This document shows, piece by piece, positions 47,735 to 57,642 of a stretch of DNA of 64,000 nt; position 1 is the first letter of the stretch, and every line of letters begins with the position of its first letter. The translations under genes were made by a program, and so were the position numbers. The stretch lies in contig CAINDI010000069.1 of NCBI GenBank assembly GCA_903847335.1, positions 1,677 to 65,676 on the forward strand, given 5' to 3'. Under the pieces are notes generated by a model that saw only the letters and a program-made list of their open reading frames with translations, did not search any database and was not told the DNA's origin. The DNA is from an uncultured Verrucomicrobiota bacterium. GTDB lineage: Bacteria > Verrucomicrobiota > Verrucomicrobiia > Palsa-1439.

Positions 47735-48598
47735 ATGCATCCGGTAATCAAACAACTTCTTGCCACCGGTTCTGTCATTACCGACGGAGCTTGGGGTACT
47801 CAACTTCAAGCTCGCGGTTTACCGGTCGGCGCTTGTCCCGATGAATGGAATCTCACTCAACCCGGTAAGGTTGAAGAAGTCGCCGCCGCCTACGTTGCCG
47901 CCGGTAGCCGTATTATTTTGACCAATACATTTGGCGCCAACCGGATTCGCCTTGCTGAATTTAATCTAGCTGACAAAGTCGCGGAAATTAACCGGCGCGG
48001 TGCGGCGATTTCTAAAAAAGCCGCCGGTAATAAAGCGCTCGTTTTTGCATCCGTTGGACCCACCGGCAAAATGCTCGTCGCCGGCGACGTGACCGAAGAC
48101 GAATTGCGCGTCGCATTTACCGAGCAAGCACAAGCTCTCAAAGCCGGCGGTGCTGATGCGCTCGTCATCGAAACGATGGCCGAACTCGAAGAAGCGCAAA
48201 TCGCTCTCGACGCCGCGAAAAGCACCGGCCTGCCGGTCGTTGTCTGCATGACTTTCGATACCGGTGGCCGCACGATGATGGGCGTTGCTCCCGACCAAGC
48301 CGCCAAGCAATTTACCTCTGCCGGCGCGGATGTCATCGGCAGCAACTGCGGCAACGGCATTGCCGCCTTTATCCCGATTTGCCGCGAACTACGCACCGCG
48401 ACTGACTTGCCAATCTGGATTAAAGCCAATGCCGGCCAACCAGAATATGTGGACGGTAAAGTTATCTACCGGATTACACCGGAAGAATTTGCCGGACATG
48501 TTCCCGCCTTGCGTGCCGCCGGCGCAAATTTCATCGGTGGTTGTTGCGGCACCTCACCGGAACACCTTCGCGTTGTGGTTCAGCAGTTAACTCGTTGA
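47735..48598 (+). CDS. homocysteine S-methyltransferase-domain protein (Pfam S-methyl_trans, MetH N-terminal-domain-like)
   Basis: 287 aa; TDGAWGTQLQ start, NTFGAN, and Zn-binding GGCCGTSPEH motif characteristic of Hcy-binding methyltransferases. Confidence 0.7.
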   Translation: MHPVIKQLLATGSVITDGAWGTQLQARGLPVGACPDEWNLTQPGKVEEVAAAYVAAGSRIILTNTFGANRIRLAEFNLADKVAEINRRGAAISKKAAGNKALVFASVGPTGKMLVAGDVTEDELRVAFTEQAQALKAGGADALVIETMAELEEAQIALDAAKSTGLPVVVCMTFDTGGRTMMGVAPDQAAKQFTSAGADVIGSNCGNGIAAFIPICRELRTATDLPIWIKANAGQPEYVDGKVIYRITPEEFAGHVPALRAAGANFIGGCCGTSPEHLRVVVQQLTR

Positions 48599-48616
48599 AG
48601 TCGGGTTTTCGGTGTA

Positions 48617-50722
48617 ATGTCCGCCTGCATGATTGACACGACGCAACGCCACCGGTTGTTGGAACAACACTTCGGCTTTCGAGAATTTCTCGAAGGCCAA
48701 GAGCATGTCATTGAAAACATTCTCGCCGGTCAAGATACGCTAGTCATCATGCCCACCGGCGGTGGCAAATCGCTTTGTTACCAATTCCCGGCACTCGCGC
48801 TCGATGGCATCACTGTCGTCGTCTCACCATTGATTGCGCTGATGAAGGATCAAGTGGATGCACTTGCGGCGAAAAAGATACCGGCGACCTTTATCAACTC
48901 TTCGCTCAACCAATCAGAAATTGATAGTCGCATCACCGGAATGCAGCGCGGCGATTACCGGCTCGTCTACATCGCACCGGAACGTTTCAAAAGCGAACGA
49001 TTTATCCAAGCACTCGCGCCGCTTTCCATTGCGCTCTTTGCGGTGGACGAAGCGCATTGCATTTCGCAATGGGGCCACGATTTCCGTCCCGATTACATCC
49101 GGTTGAAATGGGCATTGAAAGAACTTGGCCAGCCGCAAGTCATCGCACTTACAGCGACCGCCACACCGGAGGTTCGCGCCGACATTGTAGAACAACTTGC
49201 ACTCGGCAAATTTGGCCGGCAAGAACCGCAAATTTTCGTTTCCGGTTTCGCCCGGCACAATCTTCACCTCGCCGTTAGTCACGTGAAAGGCAAGGCCGCC
49301 AAACTCCACCGGATTACGGAGACAATTCGCCAACTCAAGACCGGCATTGTTTATTGTTCAACACGCAAGCACGTCGAAAAAGTCGCGGCGGAACTCGGCG
49401 TGAAATGTATCGCCTATCACGGCGCAATGACGCCGGAGCAACGCACCAAGGCGCAGACGAAATTTATGAACGGCGATTGCGACGTCGCCATCGCAACGAA
49501 CGCGTTTGGCATGGGAATCGACCGGGCGGATTTGCGGTTTGTCATTCACTTCGATATTCCCGGTAGCGTCGAGGCATATTACCAAGAAGCGGGTCGCGCC
49601 GGACGCGACGGCGAACCGGCGCGATGTGAAATGCTTTTCAATTACGCCGACGTGCGAACGCAGGAGTTTTTTATTGAAGGCGCAAACCCGACGCGCGAAA
49701 TCATTGCCGGACTGTATCACGCACTTTTGCAACTCTGCCGGCGCGGCCCGATTACAATGTCCATTGACGATATTGCCGAACAGCTACCGACGGTGAAGAA
49801 TTCGATGGCCGTCGGCAGTGCGCTATTTCAACTGGAACGCGCCGGCTTCATTGCTCGTGACTACGAGTCCGGTAATCGCACCTACACCACCGGCTTAGTT
49901 GAACCGGTCAAGGCGTTCGACGAATTACAGATTGATTTCGAGCGACTGGAAAACAAACGCCAGCGTGACCTCGGCAAGCTTCAGAAAATTATCGCCTACG
50001 CTGGCCATCACGACTGCCGGCACAATTTTATCCTCGATTATTTTGGCGATGATGAAGCTGCACCGCATTGCGTCGTTTGTGATAATTGCCTTGCACATAC
50101 GAACACCGCTATCCGCCAGCCAACGGAAGACGAAACGGTGAGTATCCAGAAAGCATTGAGTTGTGTGGCGCGAGTGAATGGCCGGTTCGGTCGTGCTCGC
50201 ATCGCGCAGACATTGGTCGGTTCACGCTCGAAAGAAGTGGTGGACGCTCGCCTAGATCAGCTTTCAACTTACGGCTTACTTGCGGCGCAAGGCTCAGATT
50301 ATGTCTGGGCGTTACTGGATAGCTTGATTCGCGCTGGTTGCATCGCCGTTAGCACCGGTGAATATCCGACCTTGTCACTGACGGAGTTGGGCCGGGAAGT
50401 GATGTTGCGCCAAAAAACAATTTCTCTAGCTTTACCGGAGGTTGCCAAACCGAAGAAGCGCACGGAAAAGAAGTCCGCAAAGGTCGCGGAAGAAGTGGAT
50501 TACAACCGAGAGGTTTTTGAGGCGTTGAAGAAATGGCGACGCGAACGCGCTAGTCGGCTGGGCAAGCCAGCGTATCACGTCTTCCCGGACAAAACGCTGG
50601 AAGAATTGGCGCGCATTTTACCGGAATCGCCGGCGGATTTACTAAACATTCGCGGCATCGGCCCGGCGAAGGCGAAAATGTTCGGTGATGAAGCACTAAA
50701 GATTATCACGGGTGCGAGATAA
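48617..50722 (+). CDS. recQ: ATP-dependent DNA helicase RecQ
   Basis: 701 aa; helicase motifs (TGGGKSLCYQ, DEAHCISQWGHDFR), Zn-binding RQC cysteines, C-terminal HRDC domain. Confidence 0.9.
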   Translation: MSACMIDTTQRHRLLEQHFGFREFLEGQEHVIENILAGQDTLVIMPTGGGKSLCYQFPALALDGITVVVSPLIALMKDQVDALAAKKIPATFINSSLNQSEIDSRITGMQRGDYRLVYIAPERFKSERFIQALAPLSIALFAVDEAHCISQWGHDFRPDYIRLKWALKELGQPQVIALTATATPEVRADIVEQLALGKFGRQEPQIFVSGFARHNLHLAVSHVKGKAAKLHRITETIRQLKTGIVYCSTRKHVEKVAAELGVKCIAYHGAMTPEQRTKAQTKFMNGDCDVAIATNAFGMGIDRADLRFVIHFDIPGSVEAYYQEAGRAGRDGEPARCEMLFNYADVRTQEFFIEGANPTREIIAGLYHALLQLCRRGPITMSIDDIAEQLPTVKNSMAVGSALFQLERAGFIARDYESGNRTYTTGLVEPVKAFDELQIDFERLENKRQRDLGKLQKIIAYAGHHDCRHNFILDYFGDDEAAPHCVVCDNCLAHTNTAIRQPTEDETVSIQKALSCVARVNGRFGRARIAQTLVGSRSKEVVDARLDQLSTYGLLAAQGSDYVWALLDSLIRAGCIAVSTGEYPTLSLTELGREVMLRQKTISLALPEVAKPKKRTEKKSAKVAEEVDYNREVFEALKKWRRERASRLGKPAYHVFPDKTLEELARILPESPADLLNIRGIGPAKAKMFGDEALKIITGAR

Positions 50723-51242
50723 ACGGATTACCGGCAATATAGAAGCGGAGGTGGCGGCGCGCCCAACTGCCGGCGTAATCGACACCAATACGCGGACGTT
50801 TGATGATGCGGAAAGTTTCAGACTTACCGGCGGAAATGTAAAAATCCTTACTGAGAAGATCGTGACCGTTGAGTTGCCGGTCAATATTCATGGCGTTGCA
50901 GAGCAAACCGGGGCCGGTGGTTTTACCGGTGAGATTCGCGACCGGTTCCAACGCACGGAGCAGAACCGCCGAGGCGTGCCCTTCCCTTTCAGTAACGACG
51001 TTCATGCAACAGTAGATTCCATAAATGAGATAGACATAGGCGTAGCCGGGCGGACCAAACATCGGCGCGTTGCGTTTGGTCAAACCGCGAGCGGAATGGG
51101 CGGCGCGGTCATGCGGTCCGAGATAGGCTTCAGTTTCAACGATGCGACCGATGCGATTGCCGTGAACGAGGAATTTGCCGAGTAATTCACGAGCGACAAG
51201 CGTGGTGTCGCGGTCGTAAAATGTTCGCGGAAGCTTGCGCAT
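50706..51242 (-). CDS. DNA-3-methyladenine glycosylase (MPG/AAG family)
   Basis: 178 aa; ARELLGK...GRIVETEAYLG...D.A.H motif run typical of the Mpg family. Confidence 0.8.
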   Translation of the reverse strand: MRKLPRTFYDRDTTLVARELLGKFLVHGNRIGRIVETEAYLGPHDRAAHSARGLTKRNAPMFGPPGYAYVYLIYGIYCCMNVVTEREGHASAVLLRALEPVANLTGKTTGPGLLCNAMNIDRQLNGHDLLSKDFYISAGKSETFRIIKRPRIGVDYAGSWARRHLRFYIAGNPFISHP

Positions 51243-51347
51243 GGGAAAAATATAGCAGGTTCAATGTGGCGTTGACAGGCCGGGACAGTCTGATAGACTC
51301 CGCCACGTTGTTCCCCCGTTTATTTAACTACAAGGAATCGATTCAAT

Positions 51348-54083
51348 ATGGCTAAACAAGTGAAGAAGTCTGTAAAGAAGTCTCCGAAGTATGTGTATTT
51401 TTTCGGACCGGGTAAATCGGATGGCAATGGTTCAATGAAGCCGTTGCTCGGCGGTAAAGGTGCCAACCTCGCGGAAATGGCGCGCATCGGCTTGCCGGTA
51501 CCTCCGGGGTTGACCATCACCACCGAAGTCTGCACTTATTACTACGAAAATAAAAAGTCCTATCCGAAGTCGCTCGAAGCAAGCGTCCGGGACGGCGTCG
51601 CGAACATCGAAAAAATCATAGGCACGAAGTTCGGTGACCAGACGGCGATGCCGTTGCTCGTCTCCGTACGCTCCGGTGCGCGCGATTCGATGCCGGGCAT
51701 GATGGATACGATTTTGAATCTCGGTCTCAACGATGCCACCGTTCTCTCGCTCGTCGCAGCCACGAAGAACGAACGGTTCGCGTGGGATTGCTACCGCCGG
51801 TTTATTCAGATGTACGGCGATGTGGTCATGGGCGTGCAGAAGCGCGCCGGTGAAGACAATGAGCCGTTCGAGGTCGTGATCGACAAGTTGAAACACAGCC
51901 GGTATCACGCCGAAATTGAAGATACGAAACTCACCGTGGGCGACCTCAAAGAGATCGTCAAGCAGTTCAAGGCGCTCATCAAGGAATACACCGGCAGCGA
52001 ATTCCCGCAAGATCCATGGAAGCAGCTCTGGGGCGCCGTCGGCGCTGTGTTTGGTTCATGGATGAACGACCGCGCGATGGTTTATCGTCGTAAATACAAT
52101 ATCCCTTCCGAGTGGGGCACGGCCGTCAACGTTCAAGCGATGGTGTACGGCAACACCGGTAACACCTCTGGTTCAGGCGTCGCGTTCACGCGAAATCCGG
52201 CCAATGGCAATAAAGAATTCTACGGCGAATTTCTCATCAACGCGCAAGGCGAAGATGTCGTCGCCGGTATCCGCACACCGGAACCAGTCGCGCAGTTGAC
52301 GAATCACATGCCGGCGGCGTTTGCTGAATTGGAAAAAATTCGCGCCACGTTGGAAAAGCATTTCAAAGACGTGCAGGATTTTGAGTTCACGATTCAAGAT
52401 GGTAAAGTATTCATGCTCCAGACTCGTAACGGCAAGCGCACGGCGTTTGCGGCGTTGAAGTTCTCGATGGACATGGTGAAGGAGAAGCTCATTGACTGGC
52501 AGACCGCCATCAAGCGTAATCCGTCCGATCAGCTCGATCAATTACTCGCGCCGATTTTCGACTCGAAGGCCGAAAAAGCCTCGAAAGTCATTGCGAAAGG
52601 TTTGCCCGCCGGTCCCGGTGCGGCTTCCGGCAAAATGTATCTCTCTTGGGAACGCGCAGTGGCTGCCGCTGAAAAAGGCGAGAAAGTCTTGCTCGTTCGC
52701 AATGAAACCACACCGGAAGATTTGCGCGGCATGATTGCCGCCGAAGGTATTCTCACAGCGAAAGGTGGCGTCAGTTCTCACGCCGCGCTCGTCGCCCGGC
52801 AAATGGGTAAGGTTTGTGTTTGCGGTGCCGGTGCGTTGCAAATTGATTACGCCGCTAAAACTCTCACCGTGGGTGGCCAGACTTGGAAGGAAGGTGACTT
52901 CCTTTCTATCAACGGCACACTCGGTAATGTGTATGCCGGCGAGATTGCGACGGCCGAATCCGAAATCGTGGCCGGCTTAATTCACGGCGACAAAGAAGCG
53001 CAGAAGACGGAAAAATTCCAGAGCTTCCAACAGCTGATGAAGTGGTGCTCGAAGGTCACCAAACTCCAAGTCCGCACCAATGCCGACACGCCGGAGCAGA
53101 CCGAAAACGCATTGGCGTTTGGAGCAACCGGCATCGGCCTCACACGCACCGAGCATATGTTCTTCGAAGGAAATCGCATTGACGCGATGCGCGAGATGAT
53201 TCTCGCCGGCAATGTGGAAGACCGGAAGAAAGCACTCGCGAAGATTCTACCATTCCAGAAGAGCGACTTCGTCGGAATCTTTAAAGCGTTGAAAGGTTTC
53301 CCGGCCACCATCCGATTCCTCGATCCACCGCTCCACGAATTCTTGCCGCACGAAGCGAAAGCACAGCAAGATCTCGCCACGAAGATGGGCGTACCGGTGG
53401 AAAAAATCCAACAACGCGTGAAAGAACTCCACGAGTTCAATCCGATGTTGGGCTTCCGGGGTTGCCGGTTAGGTATCGTCTATTCGGAAATTTCCGAAAT
53501 GCAGGCGCGCGCTGTATTCGAAGCCGCTGCCGAAGTCCAGAAATCTGGCATCAAGGTCAAACCCGAACTCATGATTCCGCTCGTTGGATTCAAGAAAGAA
53601 CTCGACTTGCAAGTCGCGGTCGTTCATCGCGTCGCCAAAGAAGTCATGGCGGAAAAGAAAATCAAACTGAGCTACATGGTCGGCACGATGATCGAAGTTC
53701 CACGTGGCGCGTTGACGGCAGATGAAATCGCACAGACGGCGGAGTTCTTCAGCTTCGGCACGAACGATCTCACGCAAACCTGTCTCGGCATGAGTCGCGA
53801 TGACTCCGGCAGCTTCCTGCCGCCATATACGGAACTGGAAATCGTGAAGAAGAATCCGTTTGCTTCGATTGACCAGACCGGCGTCGGCCAGTTGATGAAG
53901 ATTGCCGTCGAAAAAGGCAACGCCACACGGCCTGGCATTAAGCTCGGCATCTGCGGTGAACACGGCGGCGATCCTGAGTCTGTGAAGTTCTGTCACAAAC
54001 TCGGCCTGACCTATGTCAGCTGCTCACCGTATCGTGTTCCGGTCGCCCGGCTTGCGGCAGCGCAAGCGGCGCTGGAAGACTGA
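51348..54083 (+). CDS. ppdK: pyruvate, phosphate dikinase
   Basis: 911 aa; ATP-grasp N-domain, central phospho-His domain ([15 protein letters not shown]), C-terminal PEP-utilising TIM barrel (GICGE). Confidence 0.9.
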   Translation: MAKQVKKSVKKSPKYVYFFGPGKSDGNGSMKPLLGGKGANLAEMARIGLPVPPGLTITTEVCTYYYENKKSYPKSLEASVRDGVANIEKIIGTKFGDQTAMPLLVSVRSGARDSMPGMMDTILNLGLNDATVLSLVAATKNERFAWDCYRRFIQMYGDVVMGVQKRAGEDNEPFEVVIDKLKHSRYHAEIEDTKLTVGDLKEIVKQFKALIKEYTGSEFPQDPWKQLWGAVGAVFGSWMNDRAMVYRRKYNIPSEWGTAVNVQAMVYGNTGNTSGSGVAFTRNPANGNKEFYGEFLINAQGEDVVAGIRTPEPVAQLTNHMPAAFAELEKIRATLEKHFKDVQDFEFTIQDGKVFMLQTRNGKRTAFAALKFSMDMVKEKLIDWQTAIKRNPSDQLDQLLAPIFDSKAEKASKVIAKGLPAGPGAASGKMYLSWERAVAAAEKGEKVLLVRNETTPEDLRGMIAAEGILTAKGGVSSHAALVARQMGKVCVCGAGALQIDYAAKTLTVGGQTWKEGDFLSINGTLGNVYAGEIATAESEIVAGLIHGDKEAQKTEKFQSFQQLMKWCSKVTKLQVRTNADTPEQTENALAFGATGIGLTRTEHMFFEGNRIDAMREMILAGNVEDRKKALAKILPFQKSDFVGIFKALKGFPATIRFLDPPLHEFLPHEAKAQQDLATKMGVPVEKIQQRVKELHEFNPMLGFRGCRLGIVYSEISEMQARAVFEAAAEVQKSGIKVKPELMIPLVGFKKELDLQVAVVHRVAKEVMAEKKIKLSYMVGTMIEVPRGALTADEIAQTAEFFSFGTNDLTQTCLGMSRDDSGSFLPPYTELEIVKKNPFASIDQTGVGQLMKIAVEKGNATRPGIKLGICGEHGGDPESVKFCHKLGLTYVSCSPYRVPVARLAAAQAALED

Positions 54084-54100
54084 GAGAAGTAAATTCAGAA

Positions 54101-54136
54101 GACGGGCAACGTTCACGCGTTGCCCGTCTTTTTTTG
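54101..54136 (+). terminator. rho-independent terminator of ppdK
   Basis: GACGGGCAACG-ttcac-GCGTTGCCCGTC followed by TTTTTTTG. Confidence 0.8.
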
Positions 54137-54193
54137 TAATGCAAAGTTCTTGCGAAGATTCTGGCGAGTCTATATCGTTGCTGGCAATTACCT

Positions 54194-55054
54194 ATGGCAA
54201 TTGTACGCGAACGCGAAGGCGATAACGGAATCAAGATTTATCTCCGGGAGATTGGTCAGTATCCTCTGATCACCGTCAAGGACGAGATCGCTTTGGCCGC
54301 TAAAATCAAACGTGGCGATAAGAATGCCCGCGCCACCATGATTAAGGCCAATCTGCGCCTCGTCGTGAAAATCGCCCACGACTATTCCAATCTCGGCTTG
54401 CCGTTGCTCGATTTAATTAGCGAAGGCAATATTGGATTGATGAAAGCCGTTGAGCGATTTGATCCGAAAAAAGGCGGCAAACTTTCGACCTATGGTGCGT
54501 GGTGGATTAAGCAGTCCATCAAACGCGCCCTCGCCAACCAAGCAAAAACCATCCGCCTGCCGGTGCATTTGGTAGACAAGATTAGCAAAATGAAACGCAC
54601 CGCCATGAAGATGAGTGAGCGCCTCGGACGAGAACCGAGCGACCAAGAACTCGCCGACGTGCTGGGCATGCAGCGGGCAAAAGTTTCACAACTCCGTGAA
54701 ATTAGCGTTCGTCCGGCCAGTCTCGACGCCACCATCGGTGACGAAGATGACACACAGTTTAGCGAGATTGTCGGCGACGAAAACGCTGCATCGCCCTTTG
54801 AGCAGTTGCGCGACAAAACCATGCGCGACGATATTCGCGATTTATTGGAAGAACTTGAGCCTCGCGAAGCGGAGATTTTGACGGCACGGTTTGGATTAGA
54901 TGGCAGTAAGCCGCTGACGCTGGAAGAAGTCGGAAAAGTAAAGAAAGTGACTCGCGAGCGGATTCGTCAGCTCCAAAATATTGCCCTAAACAAGCTCCGG
55001 AAGCTGCTAGAAAAACAGGACAAACCTCTGCCGAAGATTTTTACCGAGGAGTAA
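54194..55054 (+). CDS. RNA polymerase sigma-70 factor (compact RpoD/SigA-like, 286 aa)
   Basis: regions 1.2-2.4 (YLREIGQYPLI...ANLRLVVKIAHDY...GNIGLMKAVERFDP) and region 4 HTH (LTLEEVGKVKKVTRERIRQ); lacks the long region 1.1 / non-conserved region of proteobacterial RpoD. Confidence 0.85.
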   Translation: MAIVREREGDNGIKIYLREIGQYPLITVKDEIALAAKIKRGDKNARATMIKANLRLVVKIAHDYSNLGLPLLDLISEGNIGLMKAVERFDPKKGGKLSTYGAWWIKQSIKRALANQAKTIRLPVHLVDKISKMKRTAMKMSERLGREPSDQELADVLGMQRAKVSQLREISVRPASLDATIGDEDDTQFSEIVGDENAASPFEQLRDKTMRDDIRDLLEELEPREAEILTARFGLDGSKPLTLEEVGKVKKVTRERIRQLQNIALNKLRKLLEKQDKPLPKIFTEE

Positions 55055-55060
55055 GCAACC

Positions 55061-55579
55061 ATGAGCGATCAACTAAAAAATGCTATCCGCGATGTGCCGG
55101 ACTTTCCAATCAAAGGTATCCTTTTCAAGGACATCACCCCGATTCTCCAAGACCCGAAACTTTTTCGTCTTGCCGTGGATACTCTCGCCGACCGGCATGC
55201 AGGGAAAAATCTGAAAGCTGTCGTAGGAATTGATGCGCGTGGATTTATCTTTGCTGGAGCTGTCGCCTACAAACTCGGCATCGGTTTTATTCCAGTGCGC
55301 AAAAAAGGCAAGTTGCCGTGGAAAACCGTTGTCACCAGTTACACGCTTGAATATGGCAGCGAAACCAGCGAAATGCACATCGACGCGCTCGCCAAAGGCG
55401 ACAATGTCGTCATTGTAGATGATTTACTCGCCACCGGTGGCACGGCGATGGCAGCCGCAACGCTCGTCAATAATCTCGGCGGGAAGATTGTCGAGATTGA
55501 TTTTCTCATCGAACTCGCCTTCCTTAAAGGCCGGGAACGCCTGAAGGATTATCCCGTCTTTTCCGCCCTCGCCTACTGA
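55061..55579 (+). CDS. apt: adenine phosphoribosyltransferase
   Basis: 172 aa; PRPP-binding motif VVIVDDLLATGGT. Confidence 0.85.
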   Translation: MSDQLKNAIRDVPDFPIKGILFKDITPILQDPKLFRLAVDTLADRHAGKNLKAVVGIDARGFIFAGAVAYKLGIGFIPVRKKGKLPWKTVVTSYTLEYGSETSEMHIDALAKGDNVVIVDDLLATGGTAMAAATLVNNLGGKIVEIDFLIELAFLKGRERLKDYPVFSALAY

Positions 55580-57642
55580 GGTGGAAAGACCGCGGTGAGC
55601 GCCGCGCGAAGCGAAGTCTGCGTCAACGGTTTACTCAGAATGGTCCGGATATGCGGCGGTTTTTCACCGGTGGCTTTCATTAAGTCGCCGAATCCGGTCA
55701 TTAAGATTACCGGCAAATTGGGAATGGCTTTTGAAATTGCGGCAGCGAGTTGCTCTCCGTTCATCTCCGGCATCGCCTTGTCAGTAATCACCAAGTCAAA
55801 CAAACCAGCCGCAAGTTGCGCTAACGCCTCCGCGCCGTTCTCGGCGGTCACGACTTTGTGGTGATCGGCAAGCAACCACGCCTCGGCCACCGCGCACAAC
55901 AGCGGTTCGTCGTCCACCACCAACACACGGAGCGACCGGGACACAGTCGCGGCTGAGGACGGAATCGCCGGCAGGCTCTCCTCCGTCTGAATCGGCAAGC
56001 GAATCATCACCGTCGTGCCTTGACCGACTTCGCTTTCGATTTCCACCGTTCCGCCGTGCCGTTGTACAATGCCTTGCACCATCGACAACCCCAAACCGGT
56101 GCCCAGCGGACGTTTTGTCGTGAAGAACGGTTCCAAGCAGCGCCGGCGGACTTCCTCGGTCATGCCGCTCCCGGTATCGCGAACCCACAACTGCACAAAC
56201 TCATCCTCGAGCTGCGCGCCCAGTGTGATGGTTCCGCCCTCCGGCAGCGCATCCACCGCGTTAAAAATTAAATTCGTCAACACCTCACGAATCGCAAACT
56301 CTTCACCGGCGACAGATGGCACCGGCCGCAGCTCCGTCACCAAATGAATGGTGCGCCCTTCGGCTTGCGCCTGATCTTTCCAGCGCTGCTGCGTATGTTC
56401 AATCGCTTGCCGAATCAACTGATGGAGATCAACGCTCCGGTAATCCGTACCGGTGCCGTGCCGATGACCAAACTCACACATCTGACGGACCGTGTGGGCG
56501 GCATCGGTGCCGCTGGTGTTGATATGCTGGAGATATTTCCTCACCAGCGCGTGGTCGGCGAGTTTTTCCGGATGCTGCAATAGCAACTCGCTGAACCCAA
56601 TAATCGGCGACAACGCATTATTAAAATCGTGCGCAACTCCGGCGGCCATCTGGCCGAGCACGCGCAAGTTTTCATCCTGGACGACTTGCGCCTGCATTTC
56701 CTTCAACTCTTGCTCCGCCTGCTTGCTCGCCGTTATGTCGCGAGCGACGTGGACGCTACCAAGCAGCGAGCCATCCGTGTCGCGCACCGGTGTGCAGGTG
56801 ACAAAGAAATGTCCGCCGAACCGGTGTTCGAAAACTTCACAACCATGTTGCTGTTGGTCCGCCAATAGCTTGGTGTGCGGACAAAAATCAGGCGCACCCT
56901 CTAAACCGTGAACGCATTCATAACACTTCAGACCAACCGCTTCATTCGTCGTCACACCGAGCTTATCTGCAAAAGCGCGATTGGCGCGCAGAATTGTGTG
57001 ATTCCGGTCAATGATACTAATCAAGTCCGGTACGGCATCAAAGGTGCGCGCCCATTCATTCTTCTCGTACAACACTCGTTCGGCTGCCAGCTTGCTCACC
57101 GTGATATCGGTAACGGTGAGGCAAACCACCGGTGCGCCGGTCGCATCCGTCGTGCTGGTGGCGTGCACTTGCGCCCAAAAGAGCAAGTCCGCCTGTTTCA
57201 TCATTCGGAGATCGGCACACGCCGGTGGCGGTAATGTGCCAAAGTGCGCCGCCGTAATTTGTTTGCGATACAGATAGTAATGGTCGGCATCCTCGCTGTA
57301 GATGAACCGGGAAAACGGTTGCCCGATGAGCGGGTGCTTGGCCACGCCCAGCAGCGTGGCACCGGCGCAGTTGACTTCGGTAATCAAACCGCTTTTGTCG
57401 ATGGTGAAATAACCGACCGGCGCTAAATCATACAAATCAAAATACCGGGCCCGCACGGTATCCAGCTCCGCTTGAGTCCGGCGCAGCTCATCGTTCTGCA
57501 TCTCTAGCTCAATCTGGTGGACTTGCAATTCGTGCAGCAGCTCAGCGGCTTTCAGTTCCGACTTCGGCGGCGATTGCTTCAGGCGCACTTCCGCTTGCCG
57601 GCGCAATTCAGCGGCGTTACCGGACTTCGCTTGGTCACTCAT
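55573..57642 (-). CDS. hybrid sensor histidine kinase/response regulator with PAS domains
   Basis: 689 aa; coiled-coil, PAS repeats, HisKA (AHDFNNALSPIIGFSELL), HATPase_c (GSGMT...GTGLGL), C-terminal receiver (LRVLVVDDEPLL...MTG). Confidence 0.8.
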   Translation of the reverse strand: MSDQAKSGNAAELRRQAEVRLKQSPPKSELKAAELLHELQVHQIELEMQNDELRRTQAELDTVRARYFDLYDLAPVGYFTIDKSGLITEVNCAGATLLGVAKHPLIGQPFSRFIYSEDADHYYLYRKQITAAHFGTLPPPACADLRMMKQADLLFWAQVHATSTTDATGAPVVCLTVTDITVSKLAAERVLYEKNEWARTFDAVPDLISIIDRNHTILRANRAFADKLGVTTNEAVGLKCYECVHGLEGAPDFCPHTKLLADQQQHGCEVFEHRFGGHFFVTCTPVRDTDGSLLGSVHVARDITASKQAEQELKEMQAQVVQDENLRVLGQMAAGVAHDFNNALSPIIGFSELLLQHPEKLADHALVRKYLQHINTSGTDAAHTVRQMCEFGHRHGTGTDYRSVDLHQLIRQAIEHTQQRWKDQAQAEGRTIHLVTELRPVPSVAGEEFAIREVLTNLIFNAVDALPEGGTITLGAQLEDEFVQLWVRDTGSGMTEEVRRRCLEPFFTTKRPLGTGLGLSMVQGIVQRHGGTVEIESEVGQGTTVMIRLPIQTEESLPAIPSSAATVSRSLRVLVVDDEPLLCAVAEAWLLADHHKVVTAENGAEALAQLAAGLFDLVITDKAMPEMNGEQLAAAISKAIPNLPVILMTGFGDLMKATGEKPPHIRTILSKPLTQTSLRAALTAVFPPQ

